DNA from: an uncultured Actinomycetes bacterium
GTDB taxonomy: Bacteria; Actinomycetota; Thermoleophilia; Gaiellales; Gaiellaceae
Length of the DNA stretch: 64,000 nt
Reading direction: 5' to 3'
Assembly: GCA_963718355.1 (NCBI GenBank)
Contig: CAVQZA010000005.1
Location: 122,110 to 186,109, forward strand
Below, in pieces: positions 54,798-63,713 of this stretch. Both the position numbers and the translations under genes were made by a program. The notes beneath the pieces were generated by a model. The model did not search any database. It saw only the letters and a list, made by a program, of their open reading frames with translations, and was not told the origin of the DNA. Positions within the stretch are counted from its first letter, which is position 1; the number at the start of each line of letters is the position of its first letter.

Positions 54798-56035
54798 GAA
54801 GCGTCGTGATCGGCGGCGGCCTCGCGGGGCTCGCCGCCGCGCTGCGACTCGTCGAAGCCGGGCACGAGGTGACCGTGCTCGAGGCTCGGCCGACGCTCGG
54901 CGGCGCGGTGCAGACGCTGCCCGAGCGCGAGGGCGATCCCTCGCCGCCGCCGGACAACGGCCAGCACATCGGCCTTGCGTGCTTCACCGCGTGGCAGGAG
55001 TTCCTCGGGCTCGCGGGCTCGGCAGGCTCGCTCGACAGGCGTGCGCTCGAGCTGACGGTGCTCGACGAGCAGGGGCGCGTGGCGGTGATCTCCGACCGGC
55101 CGCTCGACCTGCTCCGGTACGGGCACCTGAGCCTGCGCAACCGACTCGGCATCATTCGCACGCTCGCGCGGCTGCGCCGGCTCGAGCCCGCCGACCACGA
55201 CGACGAGACCTTCGCCGCCGCGCTCCGCTGCCCGGATCGCGTCGTCGATCGCTTCTGGGATGTCTTCATCCGCCCCGCGCTGAACCTGCGCAGCGCCGAG
55301 GCGAGCGCCGCGCTCGGGCTCTTCACCGTTCAGACCGCGCTGCTCGGAGCGAAGGGCGCGGGCGATCTGCTCCTCCCGACCGCGCCGCTCGGGGCGATGC
55401 ACGGCGACGCCGCCGGCGAGACGCTTCGCGCGCGCGGCGCGGAGGTTCGGCTCGGCGCGCGGGTCGTCACCCTCGAGCCGGGCGCCGCGGTTCTCGCCGA
55501 CGGAGAGCGCGTCGAGGCGGACTCGTTCATCATCGCGCTGCCTCCCTCCGAGAGCGCGCGCCTGCTTGAGGAGGACGATCCGGAGCTCGAGAGCTCTCCG
55601 ATCGTGAGCGTGCACCTGCTCTTCGACCGCGAGCTGCTGCCCTATCCGCTCGCCGCGCTGCTCTCGAGCCCGGCGCACTGGGTCTTCGACCGTGGCGCGC
55701 TCACCGGGCACCGGCCCGAGCGCGGCCAGTATCTGACCGTTGTCTCGAGCGGAGCGCCCGAGCTGCTCGAGGTGCGAGGGCGGGAGCTAGTGGAGCTGAT
55801 CGCGGGCGAGCTGACCTCGCGGCTCGGCCCGGCCGAGGTGCTCTGGTCGCGGGTCAGCCGCGAGCCGGAGGCGACGGTCGCCGGCCGGCCGGGCCAGGCC
55901 GCGAAGCGCCGTGGCACGGGCACCGCCCGGGCGAATGTCTTCCGCGCCGGCGCGTGGACGGACACGGGTTGGCCGGCGACGATGGAGAGCGCGGTCCGCA
56001 GCGGCTTCGCAGCGGCGCAGATGGTGGCGGCGTGA
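54794..56035 (+). CDS. hpnE: Hydroxysqualene dehydroxylase HpnE (FAD amine-oxidase fold)
   Basis: VVIGGGLAGLAAALRLVEAGHEVTVLEARPTLGG. ATGA overlap. Confidence 0.85.
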   Translation: MRSVVIGGGLAGLAAALRLVEAGHEVTVLEARPTLGGAVQTLPEREGDPSPPPDNGQHIGLACFTAWQEFLGLAGSAGSLDRRALELTVLDEQGRVAVISDRPLDLLRYGHLSLRNRLGIIRTLARLRRLEPADHDDETFAAALRCPDRVVDRFWDVFIRPALNLRSAEASAALGLFTVQTALLGAKGAGDLLLPTAPLGAMHGDAAGETLRARGAEVRLGARVVTLEPGAAVLADGERVEADSFIIALPPSESARLLEEDDPELESSPIVSVHLLFDRELLPYPLAALLSSPAHWVFDRGALTGHRPERGQYLTVVSSGAPELLEVRGRELVELIAGELTSRLGPAEVLWSRVSREPEATVAGRPGQAAKRRGTGTARANVFRAGAWTDTGWPATMESAVRSGFAAAQMVAA

Positions 56036-57813
56036 CGGCGACCGAATCCACGACTGCGCTCGACAGCGTGCTCGCGCGCGGCGCCGAGCGCCTGTTCGAG
56101 CTCCAGCACGCGGACGGCTACTGGGTCGGGGAGCTCGAGTCGAACGCGACGATGGTCGCCGAGCACCTCTTCATGCTCCACTTCCTCGGGCTGCGCGACC
56201 CCGAGACGGATCGCAAGCTCGCGAACGAGCTGCTCGCGCGGCGCCGCGACGACGGCACCTGGGCGATCTGGTGGAACGGGCCGGCAGACCTCTCGGTCAC
56301 CGTCGAGGCATACGTCGCGCTGAAGCTCGCGGGCATCGACGCGGGCGACGCGACCCGTGCGTACATCCGCCGCGAGGGCGGAATCGCGAAGACGCGGATC
56401 TTCACCAAGGCGTTCCTCGCGCTGCTCGGCCAGTGGCCGTGGCACCGGATGGTGAACGTGCCGGTCGAGCTGATCCTCGCGCCGCCGGGCGCACTGCTCT
56501 CGGTCTACGACTTCGCCTGCTGGGCGCGGCAGACGCTCGTGCCGCTCTCGGTGGTGATGGCGCTGAAGCCGGTGCGCGAGACGGGAATCGACCTCGGCGA
56601 GATCGGCGCGCGGCCCGGTCGAAACCGCCGGCCGCTCGTCAACTCGGTGCGGCGGCGTGCGATCCGGGTCGCCGAGCGGTGGGTACGCGAACGGCAGGAG
56701 GCCGACGGCTCCTGGGCCGGGATCCAGCCGCCGTGGGTCTGGTCGCTCCTGATGCTCGCCTCGCTCGGCCACGGCCGCGAGGACGAGTGCTTCCGCCGCG
56801 GGATCGACGGCTGGGCCGGCTTCCTGATCGACGAGGGCGACCGCCTACGCCCCGAGGCCTGCCAGTCGCCCGTGTGGGACACGGCGCTCGCGGTGCTCGC
56901 CTTGCGTGCGGCCGGCGTTCCCTCCGACGATCCGCGGCTCGCGAAGGCCGGCGCCTGGCTGCTGGCCGAGGAGATCACGGTGCGCGGCGACTGGGCCGTC
57001 CGCCGCCCCGAGCTCGCGCCCGGCGGCTGGGCGTTCGAGTTCCAGAACGACCTGTATCCGGACATCGACGACACCGTGGTCGTCGCGCTCGCGCTGCGCG
57101 AGCTTCGGATCGGCGACGACGCGGTGCGCCGCGGCCTCGACTGGACGGCCGGGATGCAGTCCGAAAACGGCGGCTGGGGCGCGTTCGACGCCGACAACAC
57201 CAAGGACTGGATCCCCAGGATCCCGTTCTGCGACTTCGGCGCCGTGATCGATCCACCGAGCGAGGACGTCACCGCCCACGCGCTCGAGGCGCTCGCGCCG
57301 GAGCACGGCTACGGCGACGCGGTGCGGCGCGGGCTCGACTACCTCCTCGCCGAGCAGCAGCCCGACGGCTCGTGGTGGGGGCGCTGGGGCGTCAACCACC
57401 TCTACGGAACGGGCGCCGCGCTTCCCGCGCTCGAGGCGTGCGGAATCCCACCCTCACACCCGGCGGTGGTCGACGCGCTCGCCTGGCTCGACTCGGTGCA
57501 GCAGGGCGACGGCGGTTTCGGCGAGGACGTTCTCTCCTACTCCGATCCGGAGCTGCGTGGCCGGGGCTCGGCCACGCCGTCGCAGACCGCCTGGGCGCTG
57601 ATCGGCTACATCGCCGGCGCCGCCGCCGGCTCCGCCCCCGCGCAGGCGGCCGCGGACTACCTCTGCCGCGCCCAGAAGCCGGACGGCGACTGGGATGAGG
57701 TTGCCTATACAGGCACAGGGTTCCCGCTTGATTTTATGATTAGGTACCACTACTACCGCATCACGTTCCCGATGCTGGCGCTGGGCAGATTTCGCGAAAA
57801 GGGGGCTAGATGA
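56032..57813 (+). CDS. shc: Squalene-hopene cyclase
   Basis: QW repeats (DGSWWGRWG, DGGF), the DxDDT-type motif YPDIDDTVVV, and GTGFPLDFMIRYHYYR. GTGA overlap. Confidence 0.9.
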   Translation: MTATESTTALDSVLARGAERLFELQHADGYWVGELESNATMVAEHLFMLHFLGLRDPETDRKLANELLARRRDDGTWAIWWNGPADLSVTVEAYVALKLAGIDAGDATRAYIRREGGIAKTRIFTKAFLALLGQWPWHRMVNVPVELILAPPGALLSVYDFACWARQTLVPLSVVMALKPVRETGIDLGEIGARPGRNRRPLVNSVRRRAIRVAERWVRERQEADGSWAGIQPPWVWSLLMLASLGHGREDECFRRGIDGWAGFLIDEGDRLRPEACQSPVWDTALAVLALRAAGVPSDDPRLAKAGAWLLAEEITVRGDWAVRRPELAPGGWAFEFQNDLYPDIDDTVVVALALRELRIGDDAVRRGLDWTAGMQSENGGWGAFDADNTKDWIPRIPFCDFGAVIDPPSEDVTAHALEALAPEHGYGDAVRRGLDYLLAEQQPDGSWWGRWGVNHLYGTGAALPALEACGIPPSHPAVVDALAWLDSVQQGDGGFGEDVLSYSDPELRGRGSATPSQTAWALIGYIAGAAAGSAPAQAAADYLCRAQKPDGDWDEVAYTGTGFPLDFMIRYHYYRITFPMLALGRFREKGAR

Positions 57814-58814
57814 AGTTTCCGCTCCGCTCAACGGTGGAGATCGGTAGGTACGTCGCATCGCAGCAGCGCAAGGGTGAGCGCTATCCGCTCGTCCTCATGC
57901 TCGAGCCGACACTTGCCTGCAACATCGCCTGCATCGGCTGCGGAAAGATCCGCGAGTACGAGTCGAATCGCGCGCGGCTGAGCGTCGAGGAGTGCGTCGA
58001 CGCGGGCGCCCAGTGCCCCGCGCCGGTCGTCTCGATCTGCGGCGGCGAGCCGCTCGTCTACAAGGGGATCGAAGAGGTCGTCAGCGGAATGCTCGAGCTG
58101 CGCAAGACGATCGAGCTCTGCACCAACGCGCTGCGCCTCGAGGAGTTCCTCGACGTCTTCGAGCCGAGCCCGCGCCTGACCTTCGTCGTCCACCTCGACG
58201 GGATGCGCGAGATCCACGACTACGTCTGCGACTACCCGGGCCTCTGGGAGATCGCGGTCGAGTCGATCCGCAAGGCGCGCGCCGCGGGCTTCCGCGTCAC
58301 CACGAACACGACCGTGTTCAAGGAGACGCAGGTCGACGACATCGTCGAGATGATGGGCTACCTCACGAACGAGGTCGGGATCGACGGGATGCTGATCGCG
58401 CCCGGCTACCAGTACTCGCAGATCGACCCGGCGCTGACGATGACGCGTGAGGAGCACGAGGTGAAGTTCCGGCAGATTCGCGCCGCGACGCGCGAGCACG
58501 GCTACCGCTGGCTCGCGACTCCGCTGTACCAGGACTTCCTCACGGGCGAGCGCAAGCTCGCGTGCGCTCCGTGGGGGTCGATCACGCGGAACCCGTACGG
58601 GTGGAAGGGGCCGTGCTACCTGCTCACGGACGGCATCTTCCCGACGTACGACGCACTACTCGAAGGGATCGAGTGGGAGGAGTACGGGCCCGGCAATGAC
58701 CCGCGCTGCGAGCACTGCGGGATCCATTCGGGGTTCGAGCCCTCCGCCGCCTTCGAGGCGGCGCAAAGCGTCAAGCAGGGGGCCCGGAGCATGGCATGGA
58801 CCCTCACGGGCTGA
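57810..58814 (+). CDS. hpnH: Adenosyl-hopene transferase HpnH (radical SAM)
   Basis: LMLEPTLACNIACIGCGKIREY (CxxxCxxC). ATGA overlap with shc. Confidence 0.9.
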   Translation: MKFPLRSTVEIGRYVASQQRKGERYPLVLMLEPTLACNIACIGCGKIREYESNRARLSVEECVDAGAQCPAPVVSICGGEPLVYKGIEEVVSGMLELRKTIELCTNALRLEEFLDVFEPSPRLTFVVHLDGMREIHDYVCDYPGLWEIAVESIRKARAAGFRVTTNTTVFKETQVDDIVEMMGYLTNEVGIDGMLIAPGYQYSQIDPALTMTREEHEVKFRQIRAATREHGYRWLATPLYQDFLTGERKLACAPWGSITRNPYGWKGPCYLLTDGIFPTYDALLEGIEWEEYGPGNDPRCEHCGIHSGFEPSAAFEAAQSVKQGARSMAWTLTG

Positions 58815-59371
58815 TCTTCGCCGTCGCGACCACGGCGGAGGAGCGCGCTGCCCGGCGGGCGGGCGCGACCACCGCTCTGGTCGGCCTCGGCGCGGCGAAC
58901 GGGATCCCGGAGGGACGGCTCGTCTCGTTCGGGCTCGCGGGCGCGCTGCACGACGGGCTCGCGTGCGGTGACCTGATCGACGCGACGCGTGTCGTCGACG
59001 AGGCGGGCGCTGTGCTCTGGGAAGGGGCGCCGCTCGGCGTCTCCGGCGCGCGGGGCGGGACGATCCTGGCGATGGACGTGCTCGTCGACGATCCGGCGGC
59101 GCGGCGTCGTCTGCACGAGCGGACGGGCGCGGACGCGGTCGACATGGAGAGTGGCGCGCTCGCGCGCACGGGTCGCCTCGCGGGCGTTCTGCGCGCGGTC
59201 AGCGACACGCCCGAGCGCGGGCTGAGCGGAATCGCGGGCGCGGTCGGGCCGGAGGGTCGCACCGCGTGGGGCGGGCTGGCGCTCGCGTTCGCGCGCGCGC
59301 CGCGTGGGTTCGCGCGGGCCGCTGCGGATGCGCGGCGCGCGCTGAAGCGGCTCGAGGGTGCGTCAGCGTGA
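58796..59371 (+). CDS. hpnG: Hopanoid-associated phosphorylase / nucleosidase HpnG (short form)
   Basis: PNP/UDP-like GLAGAL...DMESGALA, and position after hpnH. Confidence 0.65.
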   Translation: MDPHGLIFAVATTAEERAARRAGATTALVGLGAANGIPEGRLVSFGLAGALHDGLACGDLIDATRVVDEAGAVLWEGAPLGVSGARGGTILAMDVLVDDPAARRRLHERTGADAVDMESGALARTGRLAGVLRAVSDTPERGLSGIAGAVGPEGRTAWGGLALAFARAPRGFARAAADARRALKRLEGASA

Positions 59372-60294
59372 GCGGCGGCCGCGTCCTTCTGGCCTCGCCG
59401 CGCTCGTTCTGCGCGGGCGTCGACCGCGCGATCGAGATCGTGGAGCGGTTGCTCGCCGAGCACGGGCCGCCCGTCTACGTCCGGCACCAGATCGTCCACA
59501 ACGACCACGTGGTCGGGCGGCTCGAGCGGCTCGGCGCGGTCTTCGTCGATCACGAGGACGACATTCCGGCGGGCGAGATCTGCGTCCTCTCCGCCCACGG
59601 CGTCGCTCCGGAGGTCAAGGAGCGCTGCGAGGAGCGGGGCCTGCGCGTGGTGGATGCCGTGTGCCCGCTCGTGTCGAAGGTCCACGCCGAGGCTCGTCAT
59701 TACGCCGACTCGGGCCACCTCGTCGCGCTGGTCGGCCATGCCGATCACGTCGAGGTGATCGGGACCCTCGGCGAGCGGCCGGGCTCGACGGTCGTCGTCG
59801 AAACACCGGAGGACGCACTCGCCCTCGAGACGAACGGCAAGCCCGTGGCGGTGATCACCCAGACCACGCTCTCACTGGACGACGTCGCTCCGATCGTGGT
59901 CGCGCTCGAGACTCGCCTCGGGAAGCTCACGCGCCCGGCCGCCGACGACATCTGTTACGCGACCCAGAATCGCCAGGACGCCGTCAAGCGCCTCGTCGAG
60001 GAGGCGACGCTGATCATCGTGATCGGATCGATGACCAGCTCGAACGCGCGGCGGCTCGTCGAGGTCGCCCAGGCCGCAGGGGCAGAGGCCGCGCTGATCG
60101 ACAACGCGAGCGAGCTCGACCTAGCGATCCTCGAGGGACACACGACCGTCGGCGTCACCGGCGGTGCCTCGACCCCCGAGGAGCTCGTCGACGGTGTGAT
60201 CGAGCGCCTCGCCGAGGCGGGCTACGACGACCTCCGCGAGATCACCGTCGCGCGCGAAGACGTGCATTTCCGTCTCCCCAGGGAGGTCGCGTGA
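59368..60294 (+). CDS. ispH: 4-hydroxy-3-methylbut-2-enyl diphosphate reductase
   Basis: SPRSFCAGVDRAI, HQIVHN, DAVCPLVSKVH and ICYATQNRQ motifs. GTGA overlap. Confidence 0.9.
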   Translation: MSGGRVLLASPRSFCAGVDRAIEIVERLLAEHGPPVYVRHQIVHNDHVVGRLERLGAVFVDHEDDIPAGEICVLSAHGVAPEVKERCEERGLRVVDAVCPLVSKVHAEARHYADSGHLVALVGHADHVEVIGTLGERPGSTVVVETPEDALALETNGKPVAVITQTTLSLDDVAPIVVALETRLGKLTRPAADDICYATQNRQDAVKRLVEEATLIIVIGSMTSSNARRLVEVAQAAGAEAALIDNASELDLAILEGHTTVGVTGGASTPEELVDGVIERLAEAGYDDLREITVAREDVHFRLPREVA

Positions 60295-60674
60295 CCAGCG
60301 TCGAGGTGCCGTACTCGATCGCCTGCGCGCTTCCGACGCTGCAGGTGCTCGACATCACGAACGACGTCTCGCGCGAGGTCGCGGCGCAGGCGGCCGAGGA
60401 CGGGATCGTCTACGTGACAGCGACTTCGAGCCCGTGGCTCGTCCGGGTCAATGAGCGCGAAACGGGCTTCTTCCACGATCTCGAGGAGATGCTCGGCCGG
60501 CTCGTGCCGCTGACGACACCCGAGCGCGAGCGGCTTCTGCTCGCCCTGCTCGGCCCCCGCACCGAGCAGCTGCCGTTCGTCGGCCGTCGGCTCAGCCTCG
60601 GCCAGTGGCAGCGGATCCTGCTCGTCGGCTTCAACGGCACGCCCGGCGAGTACGAGATCACCGTCGTCGGCTAG
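60291..60674 (+). CDS. Degenerate YjbQ/UPF0047-like protein coupled to ispH
   Basis: LQVLDITNDV, VYVTATSSPWLVRVNERE...HDLEEMLGRLVP and LSLGQWQRILLVGFNG parallel the YjbQ pattern, but the conserved His residues are missing. GTGA overlap. Confidence 0.5.
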   Translation: MTSVEVPYSIACALPTLQVLDITNDVSREVAAQAAEDGIVYVTATSSPWLVRVNERETGFFHDLEEMLGRLVPLTTPERERLLLALLGPRTEQLPFVGRRLSLGQWQRILLVGFNGTPGEYEITVVG

Positions 60675-60717
60675 CCGAACGTTGACCAGCCTGCCCTAAA
60701 AAGCGCACACTTGAGCT

Positions 60718-61356
60718 GTGACCCGTGCGCGTCGTCACCGGCGGCTCTCAGCCGCGTTTGCATTCGGCCTTCTGGCCTTCGTGGCGGAGCTCGTCGGGCG
60801 GAGCCTGACCCACCGCCTCGACGTCGGCAGGCACGTCGGCGCGGGGAGCTACGCGACCACTGACTACTACCCGATCCTCCTGATCGTGGTGAAGGTGATC
60901 TGCGCGCTGGCCGTCGCCGCGGTCGGCTGGCGCATCGCACGGGCGATGATCGCGGCGCGGTCGGCCCGGCTGCGACTCGGCGCCGGGCGTGCGCCGCGGC
61001 TGCGCGTCGAGCTCTCGCCCCGGCTCTGGCTGCTCTCGTTCTCGCTGACCGCGCTGATCTATCTGGTGCAGACCGATGCGGAGCGGCTTGCCGGCGGCCA
61101 GTGGCCACTGCTCGCGCCCTGGATGCACTCGTCGGCACTGCCGATCTTCTCGCTGCTCGCGATTCTGGTTGCGCTCGTCTTCGGCGCTGTCACGCGCTGG
61201 CTTTCGGAGCTCGACCAGTTCGTCGAGCGTGCGCGCAATGCGATGCGTGCGCGCGTCGGCCCTGAGTTGCAGCTCCGCCCGTACACCTTCCTCGCACCGC
61301 CACGGCGGCTCTTCGGGCTCGCGTTCGAGTCGCGCCCGCCGCCCACGCCGGCCTGA
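60718..61356 (+). CDS. Hypothetical membrane protein (about 4 TM)
   Basis: Hydrophobic segments FAFGLLAFVAELV, YYPILLIVVKVICALAVAAVGW, LWLLSFSLTALIYLV and ALPIFSLLAILVALVFGAV. Confidence 0.5.
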   Translation: MTRARRHRRLSAAFAFGLLAFVAELVGRSLTHRLDVGRHVGAGSYATTDYYPILLIVVKVICALAVAAVGWRIARAMIAARSARLRLGAGRAPRLRVELSPRLWLLSFSLTALIYLVQTDAERLAGGQWPLLAPWMHSSALPIFSLLAILVALVFGAVTRWLSELDQFVERARNAMRARVGPELQLRPYTFLAPPRRLFGLAFESRPPPTPA

Positions 61357-61422
61357 GCCCCGCGGGCCTACTCGTCCGCCCGCGGGCTGTTCGGCTAACC
61401 CGATTCACCGTGGGAGGACTCG

Positions 61423-61686
61423 ATGAACGCAGAGATCGCACAACCGTATGCAACACGACGCTCGGCGCGCGCCCGTGCTCTGCGGGTGCTCGGGCCGCTG
61501 ACTGTCCTCGCGGGTGTCGTCTGGGCGATCGTGCAACCCTGGCGCGTCACGCTGCTCCACCCGATGGGACAGGGCTTCTACTGGCTCCTGATCGAGCCGC
61601 CGCTGATCGTGATCGCGGTTGGCGTCGGCTTCTGGCTCTTGGTCGGCAACGCGCTCCTGGAGGATCTCGATGCAGCCTCAGGCTGA
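61423..61686 (+). CDS. Small membrane protein (87 aa, 2 TM)
   Basis: LGPLTVLAGVVWAIV and WLLIEPPLIVIAVGVGFWLLV. Confidence 0.45.
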   Translation: MNAEIAQPYATRRSARARALRVLGPLTVLAGVVWAIVQPWRVTLLHPMGQGFYWLLIEPPLIVIAVGVGFWLLVGNALLEDLDAASG

Positions 61687-62254
61687 GATGGTGCACTGGC
61701 TGTTCGCCGGGGGGATTCTGCTGCTCGGGCTGGCCCTGCTGGCCGAGGCGATCGTCGGCGAGGAGGTGTGGCGCGTCAGGACGTGGCGCGTGTACCTCTT
61801 TCCGGGGCTCGTCTTCACGATCGGCCTGCTGCTCTGGCCGGTGATGGTGCTCTACACGAATTCGGCGATCCACACGCTCGCGCACGGGTCGTGGGCCGAG
61901 GTGATGATGCTCGCGGGGGCGGCCGAGCTCGGGCTCGCGCGCGGGAAGCTCAAGAGCCAGTACTGGCGGCTGACGATGGCGCTCGCCCTGTTTGTCTCGG
62001 GCTCCGCGTTCCTGATCCACGAGGCGAACCCGTGGTTCTTCCAGCGCTCGGCCTTTCTCCACCATCTGAACGGCTGGGTGCTGATCGCGGCGACTCCGAT
62101 CGCGATCGGGCGCGCGATCCGACCGCGGTCAGTGGTGTTCGGCGGTGGCTTCGCGATCGTCTTCGTCGTGATCGCGGTGCTGCTCTTCTCCGACCGCGAT
62201 CTCGCGCCGGTCTTCGGCCACCTCTCGCCACTCGCAGGAGCTCCGCACCGGTGA
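61670..62254 (+). CDS. His-rich 6-TM membrane protein of unknown function, coupled to the CopC-CopD gene
   Basis: HWLFAGGILLLGL, HTLAHGSWAE, LIHEANPWFF and FLHHLNGW. The GTGA overlap at 62251 links it to the next gene. Alternative start at 61688. Confidence 0.5.
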   Translation: MQPQAEMVHWLFAGGILLLGLALLAEAIVGEEVWRVRTWRVYLFPGLVFTIGLLLWPVMVLYTNSAIHTLAHGSWAEVMMLAGAAELGLARGKLKSQYWRLTMALALFVSGSAFLIHEANPWFFQRSAFLHHLNGWVLIAATPIAIGRAIRPRSVVFGGGFAIVFVVIAVLLFSDRDLAPVFGHLSPLAGAPHR

Positions 62255-63561
62255 GACGCGCACTCGTCGCGGCGGTGCTCGGGGCGCTCGCTCTCCCGGG
62301 CGCTGCGTTCGGGCACGCGAGCCTGATCTCCGGCGTGCCGTCGTACGGCGAGCGGTTGGCCGTCTCGCCCGCAGCGATTCGGCTCCACTTCGACCAGGGC
62401 GTGAAGGCCTTCCCGCGGTCGATCCGAGTGCTGAGCGCCGACGGGACCGTTCTCTCCGGGCCGGCGCGAAACGGGGCGGATTCCCGCAACATGGTCGCGC
62501 GGCTCCGGCGCTTGCCGAAGGGCGGTTACACGATCCGCTGGTTCGCGCTCTCGAATGACGGCCACACCGTGTCCGGGGTCTACACCTTCGGCGTGCGAGT
62601 TTCGGCGCCGCCGATCCTCCAGGCGTACGGCTCGTCGGGGCCGACTCGCACCGAGGATGTGGTCCGTTGGGTCTACTTCCTCTCGCTGGCGCTGCTGATC
62701 GGCGGGCTGACGTTCCGGCTCGGGATCCTGCCGCGTGTCGTGCCGCCGGCCGCGGAGCGGCGCTCCTTCATCGTGATCGGGATCGGGGTCGTGCTCGTCC
62801 TCCAGGTGGGGATCGCTGCTTTTCTCTTACGAGCCGAGGATGCGCTGCAGTTGCCGTTCTCGAAGCTGCTCTACGGCGACCTGTCCCCGATCGCCAAGGG
62901 GACGCGCTTCGGGCTGGCCTTCATGGCGATGACCCTCGGCTATGCGGTCGTTGCGGCGCTCGTGTTCCTCGCCTGGCTCACCGATCGGATCCGGCTTCTG
63001 TGGCCGGCGCTCGTACTTGCGCTCGTATTCGAGTCCGGGCTCAGCCTGTCGGGGCACTCGGCGGTGGATGCGGGCGCCTCGTGGCTCTCGGAGCTCGCGG
63101 ATTTCGTTCACCTCGCCGCTGCATCGATCTGGGTCGGCGGGTTGGTGATGCTCGCCGTCGTCGTCTGGCCGACGGCGAAGGCTCTGCGACGCGACGCGTT
63201 CCTGCGTTTTTCGCGGCTCGCCACGGTCTGCATCGCTGCGATCCTCGCGGCGGGGGTCTACCTCAGCATTCTGCGGCTGCCGCACGTCCACGACCTGTGG
63301 ACGCAGAGCTACGGGCGGGTGCTGCTCGTGAAGCTGTCGCTCGTGGCGGTCGCACTGCTCTGGGGCGCCGTGCACCACTTCATCGCGAGGCCGGCGCTCG
63401 AGCGTGGCCAGGACAGCATGCTGCAGCGGCTCCCTCGGAGCCTGATCGGAGAAAGTCTCGTCGGGATCACGATCCTGTTGCTCGCCGCCGTGCTCGTGAA
63501 CTCGAAGCCGCCACCGCAGCCCGTAAAGGCACCGGTACAGGCGGCTCGGGTTGGGCGCTGA
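62251..63561 (+). CDS. Copper resistance CopC-CopD fusion protein (YcnJ-like)
   Basis: Signal plus mature N-terminal His (AFGHASLISGVP), CopC fold WFALSNDGHTVSGVYTFGV, then an 8-TM CopD domain. Confidence 0.8.
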   Translation: MRRALVAAVLGALALPGAAFGHASLISGVPSYGERLAVSPAAIRLHFDQGVKAFPRSIRVLSADGTVLSGPARNGADSRNMVARLRRLPKGGYTIRWFALSNDGHTVSGVYTFGVRVSAPPILQAYGSSGPTRTEDVVRWVYFLSLALLIGGLTFRLGILPRVVPPAAERRSFIVIGIGVVLVLQVGIAAFLLRAEDALQLPFSKLLYGDLSPIAKGTRFGLAFMAMTLGYAVVAALVFLAWLTDRIRLLWPALVLALVFESGLSLSGHSAVDAGASWLSELADFVHLAAASIWVGGLVMLAVVVWPTAKALRRDAFLRFSRLATVCIAAILAAGVYLSILRLPHVHDLWTQSYGRVLLVKLSLVAVALLWGAVHHFIARPALERGQDSMLQRLPRSLIGESLVGITILLLAAVLVNSKPPPQPVKAPVQAARVGR

Positions 63562-63713
63562 GGTCGGGGCAGGTCCCATCCCAAACCCCCGCCCACCCAC
63601 GGGGGAAGTGACTGTAGCGAGGCGGGGCGCGCGTGTCTGTGACGGGTTTGTGCCAATTCGCGCCTCGCGGGTCGGTGCGCAGCCGGGTGCGCCTGCCAGC
63701 TAGCGTACGCCCG

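Noticed and set aside
63586-63668. Short hairpins after copCD: CCCCCG-N8-CGGGGG at 63586-63605, and GCGAGGCG ... CGCCTCGC at 63617-63668
   Set aside because: The stems are only 6 and 8 bp, in 70-percent-GC DNA, the second has a long loop, and no U-tract follows. They could be a weak terminator, but this is not distinguishable from chance.
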